A stretch of 64,000 nt of DNA from Octopus vulgaris (GCA_951406725.2 OX597823.1:14570001-14634000); one strand, 5' to 3'. Positions 1 to 12,968 are shown, counted from the stretch's first letter. A program made the numbers and translations. The notes: generated by a model not told the origin, from the sequence alone.

Positions 1-580
1 TATGTGTGTATGTATGTATGTTTGTATGTATGTATGTATGTATGTATGTATGTATGTATGTGTGTATGTATGTGTGTATGTGCGTATGTGTGTATGTATG
101 TATGTGTGTATGTATGTATGTGTGTGTATGTATGTATGTATGTATGTATGTGTAGGTATGTGTGTATGTATGTGTGTGTAGGTATGTGTGTATGTATGTA
201 TGTGTGTATGTATGTGTGTATGAGTGTATGTATGTATGTATGTATGATATGTATGTATGTGTGTATGTATGTATGTATGTATGTGTGTATAGGTATGTGT
301 GTGTGTATGTATGTATGTATGTACGTACCTACGTACGTATGTATGTATGTATGTATGTATGTGTGTGTGTATGTATGTATGTATGTATGTATGTATGTAT
401 GTATGCGTTTATGTATGTGTGTATGTATGTATGTATGTATGTAAGTGTGTGTATGTATGTATGTATGTATGTATGTATGTATGTATGTATGTATGTATGC
501 ATGTATGTATGTATCTATCTATCTATGTATGTATGCATGCGTGTATGTACGTACGTATGTATACGTATACATATGTATTT
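1..580. repeat. (TATG)n/(TG)n microsatellite
   Basis: Direct reading; the overlapping MYVC-type ORFs are translation artefacts. Confidence 0.97.
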
Positions 581-912
581 GTAAATGAATTCATGCAGAT
601 TCAGTGACCTTTGCAATGTGTTCACAGTTTGTTCGTACAAGTTTAGTAATCTCTACAGTAGAGAGGATTAAGACAGAGTCTTTATATATTCATAACGTGC
701 CATACGGAGGGATCTACTCCGACAACGCTACATGATAGTCAGCACCACACACAGACTCCCAATAATTTTGATATGGGCGCCATATTTTTTTTTCATTATA
801 TCATGTGAGACAGGGATCACATGGATAGTGATGGTCGTTTTGTGTCTTCTGTTTTATTCGGTCTTTTATTTTATCTCACTACGTGATATAACTTAGTATG
901 ATATGAATTTTA

Positions 913-1318
913 GGATCTTTTCGGTTTGAACGGCAGTTTTTTTCTAGCGTTGTCATATGAAATTGTCACCCATAATTAGAATCGATCTATTGCATTTCAA
1001 TCTCATTTAGGGTTATGGCTAGGGTTAGGGATGGGGGAGGGTATATTTTTTCTTCACAAATGTAAATAAACCCAATCTGTTTCCTAAACGAGGGACATAT
1101 TCATACGGCACAGTAACTCAATAGACGTCACTGATTGGTTGAAATTGCAGAAATTGAAGAAGAAAAAAAACAACAAATATCTTACAAACTATAGAATTTT
1201 CTCAATAAAGCCAAGAGAAAAAGACGTTTTATAAACATATTCTACCAGTATACGAAGTTTAAAATTTTGTAGTTACCTAGAAATTATGTTAAAAACTGCC
1301 GTTCAAACCGAAAAGGTC
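913..1318 (+). mobile_element. MITE family A, copy 1 (Merlin-like non-autonomous DNA transposon)
   Basis: TIR GGATCTTTTCGGTTTGAACGGCAGTTTTT / AAAAACTGCCGTTCAAACCGAAAAGGTC; 8-bp TSD GAATTTTA at 905-912 and 1319-1326; homologous to 4063-4473 and 7989-8426. Confidence 0.9.
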
Positions 1319-1337
1319 GAATTTTAAAATCAAAAGT

Positions 1338-2369
1338 GGATTTATTCCATCTCAATCACAGATTTTTAAAAATTTATTTTGTTTTTACTAAACAGTTTGA
1401 AACTTCGAATACTGGTAGAACACGGTTTACTCTGAACGTTTTTGACAAAATTTCGTATCTTACAAGTTATTTTATGTTAAAGTTGTCGTATTTGGGTAAT
1501 TTCAACCAATCAACGACGTGTATACTATTGAAGAAAGCTACTGCTGTTTGCGATAGTAATCGAAGAGGAACAATTTCCGGGTCATCTCTATTAAATGTCA
1601 CCACCCTGTTCGAACAATCAACACCATCGAAGAATCAACACCACGAAGGAAGAAATACTATAATATTTGTTTGTCCGACATCGGTGTTTATCCACACATA
1701 AAGCGCGCCGGTGTTTAAAAGACCTATAGAGCAACGAGTCCGCAGGTAGCATTTTTGTTGTTGACGTATATGTAGTTTCAAAATTCCTTATTTTAAAACT
1801 ATGAGATGCATTGTTATTGTCATGATTTTATCTTACTATAATCAACAACAAACTCATTTCGTCAATATAAAAGTCTTTATAAGATAAAAAATAGCATTAT
1901 CAAAACATGTAGGTAAAACAAAACAAATAGCGGCTTATACACCGAAAAATACACTGTAGTGGCAGTGTCAAGTTCGCTCGCTGGCTGCTACTTGATAGTT
2001 TAGAAGGGAGGGAAAGAGTAAGGAATGCACGATGCTGACTAGAAAGGAAAAAAGGATAAATGTGTTATCATCTTCGCTTGTCATATGAATAGAGCAGAGT
2101 GGTGACATTTACTAGAGATGACCCGGAAGCTGTTCCTCTTCGATTACTATCGCAAACAGCAGTAGCTTTCTTCAACCGAATACACGTCGTTGACTGGCTG
2201 AAATCACCCAAATACGACAACTTTAACACGAAATAACTTCTAAAATACGAAATTTTGTCAAAAACGTTCTGAGTAGGCCGTGTTCTACATGAGAAATTCT
2301 ACCAGTATTCGAAGTTTCAAACTGCTTAGTTAAAAAAAAATTAATCTATGATTGAAATGGAATAGATTC
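1338..2369. mobile_element. MITE family B with ~275-bp TIRs (Merlin-like)
   Basis: 1338-1611 is the imperfect reverse complement of 2092-2369; ends GGATT...GATTC; perfect 8-bp TSD TCAAAAGT at 1330-1337 and 2370-2377. Confidence 0.9.
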
Positions 2370-2900
2370 TCAAAAGTTATAAAATATAGGGAAAAAAAGT
2401 GTTCTAGAACAATAATCTCATACTTAAGCAATCGTAGCGTGCCAGCTTCCAAAAAATATTTGAAAAGAAGTAATGAAACGACCCACGAGAGGCTCGTGTA
2501 GGTCTTGCATATATACGACCACAACCCTCTGATGAATCGTGAGGGAGCCAACGTATTAAGTCTTACAGAAACATTTCACAAAAAAGATCAGGGTACTCCA
2601 AAGAAACAGGACCAACTCTATTTTCCTCTTTTTTGGATTATCCACTTCCAACAGAACTTTGGTCATATCACAATAAAGACAGCATTCATTAAGCTGCTGC
2701 CTGGTTGTTTGACATGCTAGAAATTGAAACTAAATTACCCTAAATATCAGTACCATCTTTGAAAAAAAAGGAGACATGGGATAATGTATTCGTTGATTGA
2801 ACTAGCGAAAATATGCGAAATGGTCGCGGCTGGACTGGTCCATTAGGTACATTATTTACATTTGACGGATATTTGTCCTCATCTTGTTTGTTGTGACCTG

Positions 2901-2931
<31 letters not shown>

Positions 2932-2948
2932 ATAATAATAATAATAAC

Positions 2949-2989
<41 letters not shown>

Positions 2990-2990
<1 letters not shown>

Positions 2991-3548
2991 GCATGCCCTG
3001 ATGCAGTACCAGGCAGTGGCTCTCATGGCTTCTGATCTTAACTGATTGGAAGTGTTATCATGTACATTGTTCTGTCTTGGTATAAAAGATGGGCTACAGC
3101 AAATATTCTGCTCAATACCACAGATTTGCTTGTCAGTTGTTTGACCTTAACCAGTTGACCATGTCCCTTAGTGGCTGACGATATGTGCATCTCTGATCAC
3201 GAGCAGAAGTAGTGGGGGAGCATCATAGCCATGTGTTGAGAGGGATTCTTTGGGGTTTGAATAATTAATTCACCCTTAGAAACATGAGTGTTCGTTCAAT
3301 ATCCTTAAACAACTCTTAATCAGGGACCTTTTGAGCAGGATGGGCTACTCGACCAGAAGAAAATTCTAACTGGGCCCCACTGGCAAGGTCATGTGCTGCT
3401 TATCTTGATATGAAATCATGTCACGCACGTATGGTTGGGATACATGTGCCTGGTGCATCCTTATCAGACGGGTAGTCATGATGGGTATACTGGGCTTCGT
3501 ATATTTTACCTCAGTGTCACTTTGATGGCATGCTCTTCTCTCTCACCC
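2990..3548 (+). mobile_element. ~560-bp non-coding insert embedded in (TAA)n; possible 3' UTR or SINE of a TAA-targeting non-LTR element
   Basis: Complex sequence with (TAA)n directly on both sides (~2901-2989 and ~3549-3622); same layout as the Dong-like fragment at 13979-14688. Confidence 0.5.
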
Positions 3549-3554
3549 AATAAT

Positions 3555-3614
<60 letters not shown>

Positions 3615-3626
3615 TAATAATAACAC

Positions 3627-3783
3627 GAAGAAGAAGAAGAAGAAGAAGAAGAAGAAGAAGAAGAAGAAGAAGAAGAAGAAGAAGAAGAAGAAGAAGAAGA
3701 AGAAGAAGAAGAAGAAGAAGAAGAAGAAGAAGAAGAAGAAGAAGAAGAAGAAGAAGAAGAAGAAGAAGAAGAAGAAGAAGAAG
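3627..3783. repeat. (GAA)n microsatellite
   Basis: Pure GAA run. Confidence 0.98.
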
Positions 3784-3966
3784 ATCGAAAAATACCTTAG
3801 GGATGAAAACCCAGGTTCGATATTTCCGCAAGTCAACTGATGGAGGCTGAGGTGTATATCAGCCGAAACGTTGTGTTAACAACAAACAAGATGCGGACAA
3901 ATATCCGTCAAATGTAAATAATGTAAATAATGTACATGATTCCCCATCTCTTACATATAGAACTGT
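3784..3966 (+). mobile_element. PLE-type terminal repeat fragment with degenerate hammerhead motif (3832-3878)
   Basis: CTGATGG-A-GGCTGA-loop-TCAGCC-GAAAC-GTT-GTGTT; 3879-3925 has an inverted copy at 2848-2894. Confidence 0.6.
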
Positions 3967-4062
3967 ATGGTCGATAAGGGATAACCTGAAGTTAAGAGGT
4001 AGTATTTGCACCAACTGTAGTTTGCTCTAATGGTAGAAAATATCCCTCAGATCACACCTAAC

Positions 4063-4473
4063 GGATCTTTTCGGTTTGAACGAAAGTTTTTAACATAATT
4101 TCTAGGTAACTAAAAAATTTTAAACTTCGTATACTGGTAGAATGTGTTTATAAAACATCTTTTCTCTTGGCTTTATTAAAAAAATTCTATGGTTTGTAAG
4201 ATATTTGTTGTTGTTTTTTCTTCAATTTCTGCAATTTCAACCAATCAAATACGTCTATTGAGGCAAAAAAAAAACATTCTGTACCGTATGAATATGTCCG
4301 ACGTTTAAGAAACAGATTGGGTTTATTTATATTTGTGAAGAAAAAGATACCCTTCCCCCACCCCTAACCCTAAAACAGATTGAAATGCAGTAGATCGATA
4401 CTAGGGTCATAATTATGGGTGACAATTTCATGACACCGCTAGAAAAAAACTGCCGTTCAAACCGAAAATATTC
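4063..4473 (-). mobile_element. MITE family A, copy 2 (opposite orientation)
   Basis: Same TIRs with the interior reversed; TSD CACCTAAC (4055-4062) / CACCTTAC (4474-4481). Confidence 0.88.
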
Positions 4474-4673
4474 CACCTTACAATCTGAAAGCAAGCAAAG
4501 GCAGCATTAAGACGAGAAAAACGTAACTGTATACTCACATACACTTATGTATAAATATCCACCAACACATACACATACAATTACACAGCAACACACATAC
4601 ACATACATACATACACACAAACATTCATATATACTCATAGAAATAACAATGCCTATATGTACGCTGTGTATCC

Positions 4674-4765
4674 GCTCGTATAGCTCAGTCGGTGGAGCAT
4701 CAGACTTTCATAGGTTGACCTTAGAGGTTATCTGAGGGTCGCGGGTTGGAGTCCCTCTATGGGTG
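4674..4765 (+). pseudogene. tRNA-Lys(TTT)-like sequence with 19-nt intron and TTC anticodon; probable pseudogene
   Basis: GCTCGTA-TAGCTCAGTCGGTGGAGC-A-TCAGA-CTTTCA-[intron 4711-4729]-A-TCTGA-GGGTC-GCGGG-TTGGAGT-CCCTC-TATGGGT-G. Body matches eukaryotic tRNA-Lys(UUU); T-loop TTC>TTG and several G-T pairs in the acceptor stem. Confidence 0.8.
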
Positions 4766-4776
4766 TATATTCGTTT

Positions 4777-5470
4777 AAGGCGGCAAGCTTAGCGGTATTT
4801 CGTCTGTCTTTATGTTCTGAGTTCAAATTCCGCCGAGGTCGACTTTACCTTTCATCCTTCCAGTGTCGATAAATTAAGTACCAGTTACGCACTGGGGTCT
4901 ATGTAATCGACTTAATCCGTTTGTCCCCTCTATGTTTAGCCCCTTGTGGGCAATAAAGAAATAGGTATTTCGTCTGCCGTTACGTTCTGAGTTCAAATTC
5001 CGCCGAGGTCGACTTTGCTTTTCATCCTTCCAGTGTCGATAAATTAAGTACCAGTTACGCACTGGGGTCTATGTAATCGACTTAATCCGTTTGTCCCGTC
5101 TATGTTTAGCCCCTTGTGGGCAATAAAGAAATAGGTATTTCGTCTGCCGCTACGTTCTGAGTTCAAATTCCGCCGCAGTCGACTTTGCCTTTCATCCTTC
5201 CAGTGTCGACAAATTAAGTACCAGTTACGCACTGGGGTCTATGTAATCGACTTAATCCGTTTGTCCCCTCTATGTTTAGCCCCTTGTGGACAATAAAGAA
5301 ATAGGTATTTCGTCTGCCTTTACGTTCTGAGTTCAAATTCCGCCGAGGTCAACTTTGCCTTTCATCCTTCCGGAGTTGATAAATTAAATACCAGTTGCGT
5401 ACTGGGATCGATCTAATTGTCTGGCTCCCTCCCCAAACATTTCGGGCCTTGTGCCAAGAGTAGAAAAGTA
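4777..5470 (+). mobile_element. Concatemeric tRNA-derived SINE (family N), 170-bp internal units, Nin/Deu-like core
   Basis: GGTATTTCGTCTG recurs at 4794, 4964, 5134, 5304; B-box-like GAGTTCAAATTCC; core GCCTTTCATCCTT..GTCGATAAATTAAGTACC. Confidence 0.85.
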
Positions 5471-5619
5471 TATGTACGTTGTGTATACGTGTAAGAACAG
5501 ATTTATAGAAAGAGAAAGAGAAATAAATACAGCAGAGAGAGAGAGAGAGAGAGAGAAGAGCGTACGTATGGATATGCACTCACTCACACACATTAAGAGA
5601 AGCATATGCAGATTCACAC

Positions 5620-6264
5620 ACGCACACATACATACAACACATACACACACACACACATCCATTCGTACATACATACAACACTCACAGACGCTCACGCACG
5701 CACACACACATATATACACACCACACACATGCATACACATACAGGCATACACACACATGCATACACATTTTAATGTAGAGCGACAAGATGTAAGGATGAC
5801 AAGTAATCAGAGAAGCAGGTAGTCAAGCAGACAGACAGACAGACAGAATGAGTGACAAACACACACACACACATACACACAAACACACACATATACACAC
5901 ACACACATACACACACATACATACACTCATATACACACATACATACACACATATACACACACACATACACACACACATACACACACACATACACACACAT
6001 ACACACACACATACACACACACATACACACACATACATACACACATATACACACACACATACACATACACACACACATACACATACACACACACGCATAC
6101 ACACATACACATACACATACACACACACATACACACACACATACACACATACACATACACACACATACACATACACACACACATACACACACACATACAC
6201 ATGCACACACACACATACGCACACACATACACACATACACATACACACACACACATATACACAC

Positions 6265-6297
<33 letters not shown>

Positions 6298-6322
6298 TAC
6301 ACACACATACACACATACACAC

Positions 6323-6361
<39 letters not shown>

Positions 6362-6446
6362 GACACACACACACAGATAGAGGAAGAGACACGGAGATAC
6401 TGTAACAGCTAATACACAAACACATCACGTCTATTTGACAAAGACG

Positions 6447-6478
<32 letters not shown>

Positions 6479-6724
6479 CACTCTCACATAGACACGCTCA
6501 TACACATAGGGCACACTAACACACATGTACACACATTTAGTGACAACCACACATATTTAGAGAGGCAAAGTTACACATAGATGCACAATAAAAATAATAC
6601 AAATACACATACACACACACACTCAAATACTCACTGACGCCCAGGAAGAAAGACACGGGGCAGGCACACGCGTGTACAAACACACACACACACGTTAACA
6701 ATAACACATACACTATTTGCTATA

Positions 6725-6766
<42 letters not shown>

Positions 6767-6894
6767 CACACACACACACAAATATACTCATGAAGAGATA
6801 TACATGCACTATCACACGCTCACACCACAAATTCGCACTTACATATAGTCATAAGTGCACACACACACACTCATAGACATACACACACACACAT

Positions 6895-6934
<40 letters not shown>

Positions 6935-7129
6935 GCATAGCTATATATGCACACATTAAGAGACGCGCACTGTCAGACAGATGCGTGCAGAAACGCATAC
7001 ATACACATACACACGTCCATACGCGCATACATAAATGCATGCATAACATGGTCACTTGTCCGCACGTACACCCGCAGACATACAAGCACATACATATACT
7101 TGCACACTGACTCACTCACAAGCACAGCT

Positions 7130-7162
<33 letters not shown>

Positions 7163-7200
7163 CATATAGAAACTCTCATTCACATACAACCTTATATGAA
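5620..7200. repeat. (CA)n/(CATACA)n-rich low-complexity region
   Basis: Direct reading; purest at 5860-6372. Confidence 0.93.
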
Positions 7201-7279
7201 CACACAGATTCTGTAAGAGAGAGAAAGGGTGGGGGGGAGAATAAAAGAGACATTTGTACAAACGGACAGACAAGCAGAC

Positions 7280-7312
<33 letters not shown>

Positions 7313-7788
7313 TAAAGGGAGGAGGAAGAGGAGGAGGAGGAGCGAGATATGGCTGTAGTGGAGATGAGTGGCTTGACTTCTAATGAGTTGTTACAATGAG
7401 AAGCTAGCTCCATTAGGGATCAGTGCAGTCATAGCTCTGTGCTGAGAATATCGTGACAAAACTGGTGATTACTTCGCAGCTTTTTCCAGTGCTTGCTTTC
7501 CATTTCATTAACTACGTCCTACTTCACACACAGACACATTCGCGCTCGCACGCCTCTTGCATACATATATATACACACCAGGCATACGTACACACATTCA
7601 TTCAAGCACACACGCACACATGTATGACATGCGCATATATGTACGTACATACACACATGTATGTGCGCATGTAACTGCGTATATACAGACACATATATAT
7701 GTGTATATACATAACATACATGTATAAATATAGATACATATATACATGCTTCTAAGTGTAAACACACGCACACGCACACACTCACTCT

Positions 7789-7821
<33 letters not shown>

Positions 7822-7988
7822 GCGCGCACATATATATACAATGAATATACACACATGTGTATCAAACATCTGAAAGAATGAGTCTCTTGATGGACCAGTT
7901 TGCAGGTCGCTCCTCAGAGAAGACTTCCTCGATCAATAAGCACAGGTTATTTGCAATATAGAAATGGTTATAAATTAGGAGGTAGCTT

Positions 7989-8426
7989 GGATCTTTTCGG
8001 TTTGAACAGCAGTTTTTTCTAGCGGTGTCATATGAAATTGTCACCCATAATTATGACCCTAGTATCGATCAATTGCATTTCTATGTTTTAGGGTTAGGGT
8101 TAGTTAGGGTTAGGGTTAGGGTTAGGGGTGGGGGAAGGATATCTTTTTTTCTTCACAAATGTAAATAAACCCATTCTGTTTCTTAATTGAGGGACATATT
8201 CATACGGCACAGAATGTTTTTTTTACCTCAATGGACGTATTTGATTGGTTGAAATTGCAGAAATTGAAGGAAAAAAACAACAAATATCTTACAAACTATA
8301 GAATTTTCTCAATAAAACCAAGAGAAAAAGATGTTTTATAAACACATTCTACTAGTATACGAAGTTTAACATTTTTTAGTTACCTAGAAATTATGTTAAA
8401 AACTGCCGTTCAAACCGAAAAGATCC
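7989..8426 (+). mobile_element. MITE family A, copy 3, with internal (TTAGGG)n
   Basis: Complete GGATC...GATCC termini; perfect 8-bp TSD GGTAGCTT at 7981-7988 and 8427-8434; TTAGGG run ~8088-8127. Confidence 0.93.
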
Positions 8427-8865
8427 GGTAGCTTAATTTACATGCTTGTTCTTTAGACGGCTTGCCACTTATAGGAAATATATATTTTAAGCCGAAAAAA
8501 AGCGACAGAGAAAGTAGTTTGAAATTATTGTAGGTGAGTGGAGCTCCAACGTTTCGAAAAGTGTCCATCTTAAAGGTAATGATGATAGAAGAGAAATTAA
8601 TGAAAAATATATCAGGAACGATACAATACTTCCCCCGAAATTGCTGGTCTTGTACCAAAATTTGAAACCATTAATATTAATACCTCTATGAAACCGATGG
8701 CAGCTGATGTGAAACGCAAGATAACGTGAGCTTCATATATAAACGGAAAGTAACAGGAAAGAGAAACTTGTTGAGAGAGGGGGATGAAAAGACGAAGAGT
8801 AGCGGATAAAGGTGAGGTGGAGGGAAAAATTGAAGTGAGAGAGGAGCTGAACCGTAAAAATGGGA

Positions 8866-9190
8866 TTAGTGAACTAAGAAATGTAGAACTAAAGGGGAAA
8901 ATAAAACGTTCGTTTTTATAGCCGTTTGTGACATACTTCCGAGTTTGATTATTAAATGTTCTTCCTTCTGTTTCCTTAGGTATGCTGGTTCATGGTGTGT
9001 GGAGATGCCATACACTAATGAACCAGTAAAGGAATGGTTCGTTGTGTTGAAGCGGGTGGTGACAGGTTGTCCAGCATAGATAATATAATACTTTTCGAAT
9101 GTGCTTCCGGCAGTGATCAGCAAGGCGTCCGCCTGTTTTCGCCAATATGAAGAGCATCACAAAGTTTACATATGAAGTAACACCTGAGGC
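8866..9190 (-). pseudogene. Penelope-like GIY-YIG endonuclease C-terminal remnant (frameshifted)
   Basis: Minus strand gives ICKLCDALHIGE / TGGRLADHCRKHIR / QPVTTRFNTTNHS...RKQKEEHLIIKLG, matching the PLE pattern CxxC...YIGETGR.L..R..EH...PVARHFN...LI..L. Confidence 0.75.
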
Positions 9191-9269
9191 TAAAAGATAT
9201 GCAACAGAAATTTTAGAATTTTAGGATGCTATAACTTAAATCCAACGATGATTGTAAGGTGAAGCTGAA

Positions 9270-9705
9270 GGTGGAGAGTTCGAATCGTTAGCAAGCCGGA
9301 TAGAATCCTAGCCGACATTTCGTCCGTCTTTACGTTCTCAATTCAAATTCCATCGAGTTCGACTTTGCCTTCCATCCTTTCAAGATCGATAAAATACGTA
9401 CCAGTGAGTAGTGGGGGTCGATATAACAGACTTTCACTTCCTCCGAAATTGCTGGCCTGGTGCTAAAATTTGAAACCATCGATATTAAGGTAGTGAGGTG
9501 ACAGAATCGTTAAGCACGCCGTGCAAAATGCTTAGCAACATTTCATCCGGTTCCTTAAGTCCTCAGTTCAAATTCCGCCGACGTTGACTTTGTCTTTGAT
9601 CTTTTTGGAATCGATAAAATAAGTATCAGTTGGACACTCTGATCAATGTAATAGACTTACCTTTTCCTCGAAATTGCTGGCCTTGTGCCAAAATTTGAAA
9701 GCAAT
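9270..9705 (+). mobile_element. Two diverged family-N SINE copies
   Basis: TTCAAATTCC...GACTTTGCCTTCCATCCTTT...GATAAAAT..GTACCAGT present twice. Confidence 0.75.
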
Positions 9706-10004
9706 TTAGAGGTAGGTGTTGCATCGGCAGCGAGAGTATTTAAAAGAGTTTGGTTGAGCATGACTAATCACTATGGAGCTTTTAACTTGGAGGTTGCCAA
9801 GGTTCCTATCTTTTTTCTCTTTTTTTTTTTCCATTTCTTTTTTTCTTTAAGGCGAGGAAGGTTGATGCTGGAAAGATCGGAGCGGTTGTAGGATGAGAAA
9901 GTAGGATACGGAAGTTGCGGATGCGTTTGTGTTTCAAAGGATGGATTACTGATTGTCGGTGGTGATGATGCTGGTGCTTTCAGAAGACCAAGTGAAGTGG
10001 TAAT

Positions 10005-10098
10005 TTTGCTGGTGGCGGTGGTGCTGCTGCTGCTACTGCTACTGCTGCTGCTGGAGGTTGTTATTGTAATGGTTGCGAAGGCGTTGTTGTTGTTTATA

Positions 10099-10149
<51 letters not shown>

Positions 10150-10524
10150 TACTCTTATACTCTTGTACCCTCTTAAATACCAAACTTGGGAAATTCTCAT
10201 TCTTGTTATTTTCATTGTTGATGTTATTGTTGTTGCTGGTGGTGGTGGTGACCTTATCATTATTGTCTATGTTATTCTTCTTCATTACTAATCTGATCAT
10301 TTTTAGTATTGTTTTTACTGATTTTTTTCAGTATTGCCGTCGTCCTTGGAGTTCACATTTGGTGTTGTTGTTGATGATGATAGTGGTGGTGGTGGTGGTG
10401 GTTTTCATGGAGGCTATTTTTGTTGGCATTGCTGCTGTTGCTTGTCGTCTGTTTCTTGTCGTCTGCTTATAAAGCAGACGACATAACTTCCTGTTGCAGG
10501 TAGTACACATACTGTAACGCTACT

Positions 10525-10596
<72 letters not shown>

Positions 10597-10600
10597 CCAT
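10005..10600. repeat. (GAT)n, (GTT/GGT)n, (CT)n and (CTAT)n simple repeats
   Basis: Direct reading. Confidence 0.9.
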
Positions 10601-10959
10601 CTCTCCAATCATTAACATTATTTTCTTCTGTTCCATTCTTTCACTGTAGTATTTTCTCTCTCGTCTATTATTTTTGTGGAATTATTGAAAGCTGGAAGTC
10701 ATTTTTAAATTTTAAAGGAAAATACTTTTCCCAACTGAAACAAATATTAGATCGGATAATTCCTCGCAGTGAAGGAATTATATACAAAAAGAAACTCACC
10801 TATTGTTTGCAAACTTGTCCTCTCTTCGATTATAGAAAAATAGACATTAAAAGAAACCTAGTTCCATTCAAATTGAAAATCTCGATCTGTTTATAAATTT
10901 ATCGGAGCTGAGGATATGAATATTTTCCCAGTATGTCCACCTTAATGATAAAAACTGTT

Positions 10960-11450
<491 letters not shown>

Positions 11451-11601
11451 AGTACTGATAGTGATGGAGGTAGTGGTAGTAGTAGTAGTAATAGTAGTAG
11501 TAGTAGTAGTAGTAGTAATAGTTGTTGTTGTTGTTACCACTACTACTACTGTTATTATTATTAGTATTATTGTTATTATTATTATTATTGCTCTCTGTTT
11601 T

Positions 11602-11807
11602 ACTCTTTTACTTGTTTCAGTCATGTGACAGTGGCCATGGTGGAGCACCGCCTTTAGTCGAGCAAATCGATCCCAGGACTTATTCTTTGTAAGCCCAATA
11701 CTTTTCTATTGGTATTTTTTGCCGAACCGCTTGTTACGAGGATGTAAACACACCAGCATCAGTTGTCAAGCGATGTTGGGAGGACAAACGCAGACACACA
11801 AACATAT

Positions 11808-11820
<13 letters not shown>
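11602..11820 (-). mobile_element. Tail half of SINE family X
   Basis: Matches 42962-43200, 60585-60805 and 62310-62470 (CATCGCTTGACAAC...GGCGGTGCTCCA..ATGGCC...GACTGAAACAAGTAAAAGA). Confidence 0.8.
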
Positions 11821-11866
<46 letters not shown>

Positions 11867-12968
11867 CTAGCATTAAAGACCCGTCGTTGCCGGGTCATAG
11901 TGTTAGTGCATGTATGTATGTGTATATATATATATATGTACATATTACATGTACATCTATATATATACATCTACACATAGTGATAATAATACTCAAAATA
12001 TATAACAAACTGGAATTGTTAGCCCGTCTCTTGTAATTTCGATCAATTGTATCTTGTCCTCCCTCTTGTATAGAAGTGTGGCTACAATCTGACGACTGCA
12101 GCGAAATTCATTTTTGGACTTTCTTCTATCGAAGACATTTTAACAAAAATACTTCCGTGTAAACGGTGAAAATATTGTCAATTTCCCCAAACAGGGACAC
12201 AATTCAATTTTTAAACAATAACCAAATCTCCTTCTCCCAAAGGGGGAGGGCTGCAGTTTACAATTATTTAACAAATGCAACACAACAACGCTTCCCTTAC
12301 GAGGAACCAACAAACGTGATAACAATAGTTAAACAGAAATAATAATAACAACAAACCTTACGGTAAACCAAAAAGCAGTACTCTGTTGAAGCTATAGGCC
12401 TTTATGGATCAGAAATAAACAAACAGCGGTACTCAGTAGAATGCTTAATGCTGGCTAATTAGCAAATAATCTAATGTAAAAGCCGTGCACACCTCCATCT
12501 GGACTATTCCATTTCTACACTTAAATTTTATTTTTTATTTATTCCCATTCATGTGAAACCACTGATTCAAGTTCAGGTCATTGATGCAATTTTATACCAA
12601 TTGCTATTTTTACTTTTGTTATGTTACGATAATATTATACTTTAGTTTGATTTTAATTATTACTTACTACATATAATTCAATTGTTATTATTATTTTTAT
12701 TGTTAAAGTGAAAGTATCTGACATAGAATAGAGAAATGTTTTTGTTTCACTTTTAACACGTAATACTGAAATAGTGGAGAAGATATGATATTGCTGTGAG
12801 CTCGCCCTAGGCAAAAAGTTAAAATTTTTTTTTTCCTCGATGACACTCCCCGGACCCTAAGAAAGGCATGTGTAGAATTTGAATGAAATTGGTTGTGTAG
12901 TTCTCAAGTTTTAGGGAAACACACAGACAGACAGACACACACACATTCTCATTTTTGTATATATAAAG

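Noticed and set aside
8088-8127. Chromosome end or telomere fusion site
   Set aside because: The TTAGGG run is internal to a TIR element with a perfect TSD.
8980-9081. Plus-strand exon after a polypyrimidine tract and AG
   Set aside because: All frames stop quickly; the region is better explained as a minus-strand Penelope GIY-YIG remnant.
12036-12052. Short match between Helitron interior (AATTTCGATCAATTGT) and the satellite core, suggesting satellite origin
   Set aside because: A single ~16-nt imperfect match in AT-rich DNA is compatible with chance.
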